Below, one piece after another: positions 37,852 through 46,221 of a stretch of DNA of 64,000 bases. Source of the DNA: Leptolyngbya sp. NIES-3755 (GTDB lineage: Bacteria; Cyanobacteriota; Cyanobacteriia; Leptolyngbyales; Leptolyngbyaceae); NCBI GenBank assembly GCA_001548435.1, contig AP017308.1:503030-567029 (forward strand). Reading direction: 5' to 3'. The position numbers and the translations under genes are program-made. Within the stretch, counting starts at the first letter, position 1. Every line of letters begins with the position of its first letter. The notes under the pieces were generated by a model. The model was not told where the DNA came from. It saw nothing but the letters and a program-made list of their open reading frames with translations, and ran no database searches.

Positions 37852-38601
37852 ATGTCTAATCTGAAAGCCTTAATCTTTGATGTGGATGGCACACTTGCCG
37901 ATACTGAACGGGATGGACACCGAATCGCCTTTAATCGTGCTTTTACGGATTTCGGTCTCGATTGGAATTGGTCGATCGATCTTTATGGTGAACTGCTCGA
38001 AGTCGCTGGCGGTAAAGAACGCATTCAGCATTACGTCCAAACTTACGGGGCTAAAATTCCAGAGGGCGAAGATCTCAAGCAATTAGCCGCAAAAATCCAC
38101 GCTACAAAAACGCAGCATTATCAAGCTCTTGTCCAAGAGGGTATGATTCCTTTACGTCCGGGTGTGCGGCGATTGATCACAGAAGCGAAACAGGCAGGAA
38201 TTAGATTAGCGATCGCAACCACCAGCCGTCTCGAAAACGTGATTGCTCTACTCGAAACCGAACTTGCGCCTGATAGTCCAAATTGGTTTGAAGTGATTGC
38301 AGCAGGTGACGTTGTGCCACAGAAAAAACCTGCACCCGATATCTATTTTTATGCGCTAGAGAAACTGAGTCTAAGTGCAGCCAATTGTATTGCGATCGAA
38401 GATTCTTATCAAGGCTTACAAGCTGCTCTCGCGTCAGGACTTAAAACGGTGATTACCCTAAATGCGTATACTCGATCGCATGATTTCACGGGTGCTACTC
38501 TTGTCATTGATCAGTTAGGAGAACCAGACCAACCGTTTGAAGTACTAAACGGAACGATTGAGCAAACCTATCTCGATTTAATTGGATTAAAACGCTTATG
38601 A
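37852..38601 (+). CDS. HAD-superfamily hydrolase, CbbY-like
   Basis: Motif I FDVDGTLADTE, then motifs II-IV; 249 aa. Confidence 0.8.
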   Translation: MSNLKALIFDVDGTLADTERDGHRIAFNRAFTDFGLDWNWSIDLYGELLEVAGGKERIQHYVQTYGAKIPEGEDLKQLAAKIHATKTQHYQALVQEGMIPLRPGVRRLITEAKQAGIRLAIATTSRLENVIALLETELAPDSPNWFEVIAAGDVVPQKKPAPDIYFYALEKLSLSAANCIAIEDSYQGLQAALASGLKTVITLNAYTRSHDFTGATLVIDQLGEPDQPFEVLNGTIEQTYLDLIGLKRL

Positions 38602-38960
38602 ATGTTCGTGCGCTCCCATTGCTCAGTTTATTGATTGCGATGCCTGCTTATGCGGAGCGGCTCGAACTGAAAAATCCAGCCTGGAAAGCGGTTCCTGGTA
38701 CAGAATTTGACGGAACTGCTTATGTGGATACGAATGGCGTTCGTCGATCGGGACAGAAAGTAATTTACGATGTGGTGAACGCTGAGGCAGCTTATTCGCG
38801 AGTCGAAATGGATTGTAAAGCGCAGCGATTTCGCACCGTAAGAATAGGATATTTTGAAACGCGATCGCGCATCAACTACAAACCGATTAACGATCCCTGG
38901 CTTAAACCCGAAACCGCTTATCATAGAGCACTTGCCGCTTTTGTGTGCAATCTCAAGTAG
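38598..38960 (+). CDS. Hypothetical secreted protein (signal peptide)
   Basis: N-terminal LPLLSLLIAMPAYA signal; ATGA overlap with the upstream gene. Confidence 0.4.
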   Translation: MNVRALPLLSLLIAMPAYAERLELKNPAWKAVPGTEFDGTAYVDTNGVRRSGQKVIYDVVNAEAAYSRVEMDCKAQRFRTVRIGYFETRSRINYKPINDPWLKPETAYHRALAAFVCNLK

Positions 38961-39290
38961 ATGTCTAAGTATCACCAAATTTATCAAGTCGTGCGCCAAA
39001 TTCCTTACGGTCAAGTGGCAACGTATGGACAAATTGCCGAACTCGCAGGACTGCCAAGACAAGCCCGTTTAGTCGGATATGCCTTATTCCGGGCGACTGA
39101 CGACACGTTAGAAGTTCCGTGGCATCGAGTGATCAACGCCAAAGGAGAAGTTTCGATGTCTCCGTTTCGGGAAGGCATGGATTATATTCAGCGATCGCTT
39201 CTCGAATCCGAGGGGATCGAATTCAACGAAGATGGCAAACTCAGCTTGAATCGCTACCGCTGGCAACCGGATCTCACGCAGTTTGGTTAA
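38961..39290 (+). CDS. Alkyltransferase-like (ATL) protein: MGMT DNA-binding domain with Trp replacing the catalytic Cys
   Basis: PWHRVIN instead of PCHRV, together with the YGQVATYGQIAELAG helix-turn-helix of the MGMT family. Confidence 0.7.
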   Translation: MSKYHQIYQVVRQIPYGQVATYGQIAELAGLPRQARLVGYALFRATDDTLEVPWHRVINAKGEVSMSPFREGMDYIQRSLLESEGIEFNEDGKLSLNRYRWQPDLTQFG

Positions 39291-39699
39291 AAATCTCTAG
39301 AACCCGCTGACAAAAGATTTTCAATCTCGCGGCGGCTTCGGGTGCAGGCTGTCCTTCTCCTTCAAACGCCCAATTCTGAACCGTTGAAAATTGCCATTGC
39401 TTTCCTTTGTGGTCAAATCCCGCTGCTTCAATCCCGATCGCTCGTCGCTTTTGAGTTTCCACATCAGAATGAAACCGGATTTGCACCAACACACTGCGAC
39501 ATTGGAATAAGCGGCTGCGTCCGGGAAAATGGAAGCCGATATCGATCGAGTCCGGATCAATGAGTTCCCGCGTATCAGGATCATTCGCCCAGGGTTTGAG
39601 ATCGACACGGGCATCTGGAAAATCAGTTTTTACTAAATTCGTGACAGTCGCAATTTTGCTGGCGGTTTCTAAACTGGTCGCTTGTTCTGCTGCATTCAC
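39274..39699 (-). CDS. Hypothetical protein
   Basis: ORF only; the intergenic region toward tRNA-Gln lies upstream. Confidence 0.35.
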   Translation of the reverse strand: MNAAEQATSLETASKIATVTNLVKTDFPDARVDLKPWANDPDTRELIDPDSIDIGFHFPGRSRLFQCRSVLVQIRFHSDVETQKRRAIGIEAAGFDHKGKQWQFSTVQNWAFEGEGQPAPEAAARLKIFCQRVLEIFNQTA

Positions 39700-39852
39700 G
39701 ATTGTCCGGCTCCCAATCGAGTGATATAAAACGTCATGATGTTATCTTTTCATCATAAGGATTTCCCCACTCCGTAGCAGTACGAATCGATACGAAAGAA
39801 AGTTGTTGACAAAACTTTAAAGGGTCATGTTATATTACTGAATGTGATGCGT

Positions 39853-39924
39853 TGGGGCGTCGCCAAGCGGTAAGGCACCGGGTTTTGGTCCCGGCATCCC
39901 TAGGTTCGAATCCTAGCGCCCCAG
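39853..39924 (+). tRNA. tRNA-Gln (TTG), CCA not encoded
   Basis: Hand-folded: TGGGGCG acceptor, anticodon stem CCGGG/CCCGG with loop TTTTGGT, T-arm CTAGG-TTCGAAT-CCTAG. Closely resembles the canonical bacterial tRNA-Gln sequence. Confidence 0.85.
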
Positions 39925-40076
39925 TTTAATGAGATAAGAGTAGTATTCCTGATCTGGAATACCTTAGATTTTGGAAAAACGCCCAATAGAAACGCGCCTA
40001 TGGAAGTTTCTGAAATGAGGCATTGGAATCTGCCCGCATTTATTTCAACTTCCACAAGCGCGATCGAACATCCAAA

Positions 40077-41177
40077 TTATGCCATCACTCGCGATTCTGC
40101 TGTCGTAATGCGATCGCCTGTTGTCACATCAAACCAATGAATGTGCTCCGTCGGGAACGCCAGTCGAATCGCACTTCCATTTTTCACTCCCGAATGCACA
40201 GGCAGGATCGCCCGAACATTCATCGGTTCTGCTGCACCCGTTCTAATTCGAGTACTGACTAAATCGTGCATTCCCAAGTTTTCAGTTAGGAATACTTCGC
40301 CCGCCAGCGTCGGTTCATTCTCACCTTGAGCCATGTGAACATGCTCTGGACGAATGCCCAGTACAATCTCACGCGATGAGAATCCACGGGGAACGGGAAT
40401 TCGAGTACCGCCAACGATCGCGCTTCCATTTTCAACAGGCACTCGCAAAAAGTTCATCTGTGGACTACCAATAAAGCCCGCCACAAATTGATTTGCAGGA
40501 TGACTGTAGATCACATCGGGTCGATCGTACTGTTGTAGATAACCATTGTTCAACACCGCCACCTTAGTCGAAAGCGTCATTGCTTCCGTTTGGTCGTGCG
40601 TCACATACACGACAGGTGCATTCTGTGATCCAAACAACTGTTTCAACTCAGCCCGAACGTGCTCCCGTAACAGGGCATCTAAGTTACTCAGCGGTTCATC
40701 CAACAGGAAGATATCTGGACGACGGACTAAAGTTCGTGCCACTGCAACTCGCTGCCGCTGACCCCCCGATAATTGTCCAGGCTTACGATTCATCAATTCA
40801 TGTAAACCTAAGAAGTCCGCAACTTCTCGAATTCGCTCTTTGATTTCAGCATGAGGTGTTTTTTGCAGCTTCAATCCAGAGGCGATATTGTCATACACCG
40901 TCATGTGCGGGTAGAGTGCATAGCTTTGGAACACCATTGCAATATTACGATCGCCTGGATTCAACCGGCTGACATCTCGACCATTGATCAAAACCCGTCC
41001 GCTAGTTGGTTGTTCCAATCCTGCAATCATCCGCAGAATCGTAGATTTTCCGCACCCAGATGGACCGAGCAGCGTTAAGAACTCACCTTGGTTCACCTGC
41101 AAGCTCACATTCTTCACCGGAACAACTTGCGGAGTATAAGCTTTTCTCAATTCAATGAGTTGTAAGTTTCTTTCCAT
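40077..41177 (-). CDS. Sugar ABC transporter ATP-binding protein (MalK/UgpC-type)
   Basis: Walker A GPSGCGKST, signature LSGGQRQR, Walker B, C-terminal TOBE-like domain. Confidence 0.9.
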   Translation of the reverse strand: MERNLQLIELRKAYTPQVVPVKNVSLQVNQGEFLTLLGPSGCGKSTILRMIAGLEQPTSGRVLINGRDVSRLNPGDRNIAMVFQSYALYPHMTVYDNIASGLKLQKTPHAEIKERIREVADFLGLHELMNRKPGQLSGGQRQRVAVARTLVRRPDIFLLDEPLSNLDALLREHVRAELKQLFGSQNAPVVYVTHDQTEAMTLSTKVAVLNNGYLQQYDRPDVIYSHPANQFVAGFIGSPQMNFLRVPVENGSAIVGGTRIPVPRGFSSREIVLGIRPEHVHMAQGENEPTLAGEVFLTENLGMHDLVSTRIRTGAAEPMNVRAILPVHSGVKNGSAIRLAFPTEHIHWFDVTTGDRITTAESRVMA

Positions 41178-41185
41178 GATTGTAA

Positions 41186-42070
41186 TTATCCTTTGACAGC
41201 ACCAGAAGTGAGACCTTGAACGATGCGGCGTTGGAAGAACAACACCAATAAAACGAGAGGAATTGTGCCAAGAACGGTTGCAGCCGCGATCGGTCCGTAT
41301 GGAATTTCAAACGGTGAAGCTCCACCCAATTGAGCGCCCGCGACTGGAACGGTTTTCATGTCCTCGCGAGTAATGAATGTCAGTGCAAAAATGAATTCAT
41401 TCCAGGCTGAGATAAACGTGAGAATGCCGGTGGTAACTAAAGCTGGAATCGTCATCGGCAATACCACTTCAAGCAACATTCGAGGAGTACTGTACCCGTC
41501 TACTCTTGCAGCATCTTCGAGATCTTTTGGTAACTGCTGGAAAAAGCTTCGCATGACTAAAATCGTCAACGGTAAATTAATCGCGGTGTAAGGAATGATC
41601 AGCGCTAAATAGTTATTACCGAGGTTGAAAAAGCGAACGACTTCGAGCAATCCAATAAACAATAGAATCGGTGGAAATAACGTCACAATCAAAATCGCGG
41701 CGAGAATCCAGCGCTCTCCTTGGAGTTTTAATCGAGCAAGTGCATACGCAGCCGGAGCACCTACTCCTAAAGCTAAAATCGTTGAAGCAAAAGAAACGAT
41801 CGCACTATTAAAGATATAGTTCAAAAACGGGCGACGCTGAAATAGTTCGCGATAGTGATCCAGCGTGTAGCGCGTGGGAAAGTAAACGTTCGGAATTGCT
41901 GCAATGTCAGCGTTAACCTTCACCGAAGTGAGTAGCTGCCACAAAATCGGTGCAAGACAGAAGATAACCGTGAACGCGATCGCAATCGGTAATATGATTT
42001 TGCGTCCAATTTTAGTCGCTTTTCCGCCAGGTCTTCTGCGATCGATAGAGTCTGGAAATACAGTGGTCAT
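41186..42070 (-). CDS. Carbohydrate ABC transporter permease (MalG/UgpE-type)
   Basis: EAA-loop region (DLEDAARVDGYSTPRML); 6 TM segments. Confidence 0.85.
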   Translation of the reverse strand: MTTVFPDSIDRRRPGGKATKIGRKIILPIAIAFTVIFCLAPILWQLLTSVKVNADIAAIPNVYFPTRYTLDHYRELFQRRPFLNYIFNSAIVSFASTILALGVGAPAAYALARLKLQGERWILAAILIVTLFPPILLFIGLLEVVRFFNLGNNYLALIIPYTAINLPLTILVMRSFFQQLPKDLEDAARVDGYSTPRMLLEVVLPMTIPALVTTGILTFISAWNEFIFALTFITREDMKTVPVAGAQLGGASPFEIPYGPIAAATVLGTIPLVLLVLFFQRRIVQGLTSGAVKG

Positions 42071-42072
42071 AG

Positions 42073-42978
42073 TTAAATCGCTCCTGATGCTTTGGCTCTC
42101 GATCGAGTGAGGAAATACGACGCGATCGCAACGGCTAATACGAGCAATAGGAAGGTCACAACCACTAAGGCTGAACCGTATCCGAAGTCGAGATAGCGCA
42201 TCACGGTCGAATAGATATACAGTGAAACCGTTTCGGTCGCACCTCCCGGACCTCCACCCGTCATGACGCTGATTAAGTCAAAGATTCCAAAGGATTGAGC
42301 GAGTCGAAATAACAATGCAATCACGACCTGTGGCATCAAGAGTGGCAAGGTAATCGTTCGGAAACTTTGCCAAGGACTTGCACCATCGATCGCTTGTGCC
42401 TCGTACAAATCATTTGAAATCGACTGCAATCCTGCCAGCAATAAAATGCTAATAAACGGTGTCGTTTTCCAAACATCAGCAAAAATCACAGCAATCATCG
42501 CTAACACGGGATCACCGAGCCAATTGATTCCATTCTGAATGAAGCCCAGTCTGAGCAAAATATCATTCACAATGCCGTATTGGTCATTGAAAATCCAAGT
42601 CCAACCTAGTGCAATTAACGCAGTCGGCAACGCCCAAGGCAGAATCGCGATCGTTCTCACCGCGCCTCGTCCCCGAAACGCTTGATTTAACACCAACGCA
42701 ATCCCCATTCCTAGGATCAGTTCAAAGAACACTGATGCAAAGGTAAAGATGGATGAATTGATCAAAGTCCGCCAAAATCGCCCGTCTTGAGCCATCCGCC
42801 CAAAGTTTGCCAACCCGACAAACTCTGAATTGAGTTGATTTCCTAAGTTCTGAGCAAACAAGCTTTGCCAAAACGCTCTCAAAATCGGGTAAGCAAACAC
42901 CAAGGCTAGAATGACCAATGCTGGAATCGTTAGAAGCCAGCCTGTACGACGTTCTCGTTCTCGAATGACATCTTTCAT
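42073..42978 (-). CDS. Carbohydrate ABC transporter permease (MalF/UgpA-type)
   Basis: EAA loop (YEAQAIDGASPWQSFRTITLP). Confidence 0.85.
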   Translation of the reverse strand: MKDVIRERERRTGWLLTIPALVILALVFAYPILRAFWQSLFAQNLGNQLNSEFVGLANFGRMAQDGRFWRTLINSSIFTFASVFFELILGMGIALVLNQAFRGRGAVRTIAILPWALPTALIALGWTWIFNDQYGIVNDILLRLGFIQNGINWLGDPVLAMIAVIFADVWKTTPFISILLLAGLQSISNDLYEAQAIDGASPWQSFRTITLPLLMPQVVIALLFRLAQSFGIFDLISVMTGGGPGGATETVSLYIYSTVMRYLDFGYGSALVVVTFLLLVLAVAIASYFLTRSRAKASGAI

Positions 42979-42981
42979 CAG

Positions 42982-44298
42982 CTAAGCTCCTAACAACGAT
43001 CGAGTTTCCCGTGCTGCTGCCTGCATTGCTGCTTCCGGTGAACTTTGACCCGAAAGCACTGCATTCAAGTAGCGTTGCAAAATATCCGAAGCTTGAGCGT
43101 ATTGCGCGATCGGAGGACGCAAGGCTGGATTTTCCAGAACTTTCAGCACCAATGGAAAGTATTCATAGCGCTGAAGTAGTTCTTTGTCGTTGTAAAGCGC
43201 CCGTCGTGTCGGCAGATATGCACCCGCGATCGACAATTGCTTTTGAATCTCAGGACTGGTAAAGAACCGTACTGCTTTACGAGCTTCTTCTGGGTGTCGA
43301 GTCGTGCTAGAGATGCCCAAGCCCCATCCACCTTGAGCCGCTCCACTCCGTTCATTCGGGGCGCGAACCATCGGTCTGATCCCAACTTTGCCCCGAACTG
43401 GAGAATCATCCCCGTTTAGCAAGTCCCAAGCATAAGGCCAATTCCGCATAAATAGCGTATTACCGCTCTGGAACAAGCGCCGAGTATCTTCCTCGATATA
43501 CGTATTGACCCCTGGTGGCGAAACGCCTTGCTGAATCGTGCTAACGAGGAATTTAACCGTATCGATCGATTCAGGTCGATCGAGTCCGACTTCTTTCGTC
43601 TGTGGATTAATCCAGAAGCCTCCATTTCCTTGCAGGACTTCAGCGAATAGGGCAGACAGTCCTTCATACTGCCGACCCTGCCACACAAAGCCCCACTGCG
43701 CTGCATTTTTGCCTTGCACAGTTTTCGATGCCTGCATCAAGTCTTGAAAGGTTTCTGGTGGTTTTAATCCGGCTTGTTCAAGCAAATCTGACCGATAGTA
43801 CAGCATCCCCACATCAGTCCGATACGGCAAGCGATAAAGCTTTCCTTGGTATCGTCCGCCTTCAATATCTCCCTGGAGAAACTGATCGATTTCCGATTGC
43901 GGCAGGATGTCTGAAATATCTTGCAACCAACCTGCGGCAGCGAACTTCGGAACCCAGGTAATATCCATATTCAGGAGATCATAGGGTGAGTCTCCTAGCA
44001 AGAATGCAGAAGAGTACAAATCTTCGACTAAGTTAGAAGCGTTTGGACCTTCAACAATATTGATCCTGATGCCTGGATTTTGTCGTTGAAACTCTGCGAT
44101 GACAGGTGGAAACGGTTTCACATCTGGTGCAGGAATCAAAATCGACAATACAACGGGTTGCTGCGCTCTCAGAGGGAGAACTATCAGCAGTGCAGTTAAC
44201 GCAAAAGCAACGAGTGAACTAATAACCCGAAACGTGCGCGATCGTCGCCAAAACTGCACAAATTTGTAGCGGTATTCTTGTAGCATTTCCATAGGCAA
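42982..44298 (-). CDS. Extracellular solute-binding protein family 1 (sugar ABC transporter substrate-binding protein)
   Basis: N-terminal TM/signal anchor; family-1 binding-protein pattern. First gene of the minus-strand transporter operon. Confidence 0.8.
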   Translation of the reverse strand: MPMEMLQEYRYKFVQFWRRSRTFRVISSLVAFALTALLIVLPLRAQQPVVLSILIPAPDVKPFPPVIAEFQRQNPGIRINIVEGPNASNLVEDLYSSAFLLGDSPYDLLNMDITWVPKFAAAGWLQDISDILPQSEIDQFLQGDIEGGRYQGKLYRLPYRTDVGMLYYRSDLLEQAGLKPPETFQDLMQASKTVQGKNAAQWGFVWQGRQYEGLSALFAEVLQGNGGFWINPQTKEVGLDRPESIDTVKFLVSTIQQGVSPPGVNTYIEEDTRRLFQSGNTLFMRNWPYAWDLLNGDDSPVRGKVGIRPMVRAPNERSGAAQGGWGLGISSTTRHPEEARKAVRFFTSPEIQKQLSIAGAYLPTRRALYNDKELLQRYEYFPLVLKVLENPALRPPIAQYAQASDILQRYLNAVLSGQSSPEAAMQAAARETRSLLGA

Positions 44299-44584
44299 AT
44301 CACCCCGCGATCGCGTAAATACTTGTCGATCGCGCCTCGGTTAGTTGTTGAATGAATTGAACAAAGTATCCAATTGCTAAAACAGATCATTCCTGTATGT
44401 TCTAGCATTCTAAATCATACGAATGTAGCGATCCCCGTCTCATCTTCTTTAAGATGGATCAGATTAGGAAAGATATTAAGTTACTTGAACAAACCTACAA
44501 GTTATTGATAATAATCAGACCAACACTGCAAGTATAGCGCCGACAAATTTCCCGAATGCTTGATAATAAGGTGAGTTCAAAACA

Positions 44585-44788
44585 TTGTCTACAATGGATA
44601 CCGTTTCACAAAGCTTAATCTATGAAGAGTTTATCGCTCAGTACGGTGATGATTTTCGCTATGAGCTAATCGATGGACAATTGCGAGATAGGCAATCGAC
44701 TGGACTGCACGAATGCGTTTGTGGAGAGGTAGCAGGTCGAGTATTTGTCGAAATTTTTAGATTAAATCTAGAGCGTGTCATCAATTAG
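44585..44788 (+). pseudogene. Uma2-family (DUF820) endonuclease, N-terminal fragment, disrupted by IS insertion
   Basis: The YELIDGQL motif matches the Uma2 N-terminus. The last six codons (LERVIN) are read from the terminal inverted repeat of the IS. Confidence 0.6.
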
Positions 44789-44841
44789 CAGGATTCGATA
44801 AAGTAGAGACGAAGACCCTGCAAAACGAGCCTGTAAACGCA

Positions 44842-45219
44842 ATGGCAACTCGACGCTACGCGCTACGCGATGACCAATGGGAGCGGATCAAAGATCTACT
44901 GCCCGGACGAGAAGGAACGGTAGGCGTGACTGCGAAAGACAATCGCTTGTTCGTCGAAGCGGTGTTGTATCGGTATCGTGCTGGAATCCCGTGGCGCGAC
45001 CTGCCAGAGCGATTTGGCGATTTTCGGGTAGTACATACCCGCTTTAGTCGCTGGTCAAAAACGGGCGTGTGGGAGCGCGTGTTTCAGCACCTCGCCGACG
45101 ATGCCGACAACGAATACGCCATGATTGATGCAACAATTGTCCGCGCTCATCAGCATAGTGCGGGTGCAAAAGGGGGCAACCCGAAACCGAAGCGATTGGT
45201 CGCAGCAAAGGCGGATTGA
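44842..45219 (+). CDS. IS5-family transposase, N-terminal part (orfA)
   Basis: DDQWERIKDLLPGREGTVGVTAKDNRLFVEAVLYRYRAGIPWRDLPERFG is typical of IS427-group transposases. Confidence 0.8.
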   Translation: MATRRYALRDDQWERIKDLLPGREGTVGVTAKDNRLFVEAVLYRYRAGIPWRDLPERFGDFRVVHTRFSRWSKTGVWERVFQHLADDADNEYAMIDATIVRAHQHSAGAKGGNPKPKRLVAAKAD

Positions 45220-45605
45220 GTACCAAGATTCATGCGACCGTCGATGCCTTGGGCAATCCCTTGCACTTTCATCTCACACCTGGACAAGCCTGTGACCTAG
45301 ACGGAGCCGACAAACTCTTGCCGCAGATAGCCGCAGATATTGTACTTGCTGACAGAGCCTATGATGCGGATGAGCGAGTGATTGAGGTGCTGACAGTGCA
45401 AGGAAAGACGGCGGTGATTCCACCCAAACGCAATCGCAAGCAGCAACGCAACTATGACAAGGAGTTGTACAAAGCGCGGCATCTGATTGAGAACTTTTTT
45501 GCCAAGCTGAAGCAGTATCGAGCGATTGCAACTCGCTATGACAAACGAGCGGTCAACTTTTTAGGAGCAATCTATCTTGCAGCTTCGGTCATCTGGCTCA
45601 ATTGA
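45216..45605 (+). CDS. IS5-family transposase, C-terminal DDE part (orfB, -1 frame relative to orfA)
   Basis: KIHATVD...ADRAYDADE...HLIENFFAKLKQYRAIATRYDK DDE motifs. The frame junction lies near 45180-45215 (GGNPKPK / EAIGRSKGGLSTKIHA). Confidence 0.8.
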   Translation: MSTKIHATVDALGNPLHFHLTPGQACDLDGADKLLPQIAADIVLADRAYDADERVIEVLTVQGKTAVIPPKRNRKQQRNYDKELYKARHLIENFFAKLKQYRAIATRYDKRAVNFLGAIYLAASVIWLN

Positions 45606-45641
45606 TGACACGCTCTAGGCTGGACAATTCCAAGAAGTTGC

Positions 45642-46037
45642 TTGATTAAATTAGCATCAGAAACGACTACACTGCGTCCTGATGTGGTTGTTCTAGATGA
45701 AGCCCAATTAGAACATGAACCTCTTTGGCAACAAGAACCGATATTAACCAGTGGCAAAGCGATTAAGCTTGTCGTAGAAGTTGCCAGTAAGAATTGGCAA
45801 GATGACTATGCACGAAAAGTTGAAGAATATGCGCTACTTCAGATTCCCGAATATTGGATTGTTGATTTCCGCGCTTTAGGTGGCATTGATTACATTGGCA
45901 AACCTAAGCAACCGACTTTTACGGTTTGTCAGCTTGTGGACGATCGATATCAAAAACAAAAATATCGATTAGAAGATGCGATCGCGTCTCCGTTATTCCC
46001 AGAATTATTACTCCAGCTCATTGATGTGATGCCTTAA
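45642..46037 (+). pseudogene. Uma2-family endonuclease, C-terminal fragment (TTG-initiated ORF artefact; continues the interrupted gene)
   Basis: PDVVVL...KLVVEVAS...YARKVEEYALLQIPEYWIVDF is the conserved Uma2/PD-(D/E)xK core. Confidence 0.6.
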
Positions 46038-46221
46038 TAATCACTATCCGCGATACAAATTCCCTGGCACTTGATCCCATTAGTCGCAGTTCGCAAACAA
46101 TGAGGACAGAGAATTTTTTCAGCGGTCTGCTCAGTTTTTTCTTGAGTGGTTGTTTGAGGTTTATCAGTTTGAGTGGTCATACGCACTTGAGCAATACACT
46201 GCTTCAAATAGCTTAACAAAT

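Larger units (their letters stand above)
44768..45618. mobile_element. IS5-family insertion sequence (IS427/ISL2-like group), about 845 bp, with terminal inverted repeats and CTAG at both ends
   Basis: Left end CTAGAGCGTGTCATCAATT; the right end is its reverse complement (AATTGATGACACGCTCTAG). Encodes a two-part DDE transposase. Removing it rejoins the Uma2 frame. Confidence 0.8.
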
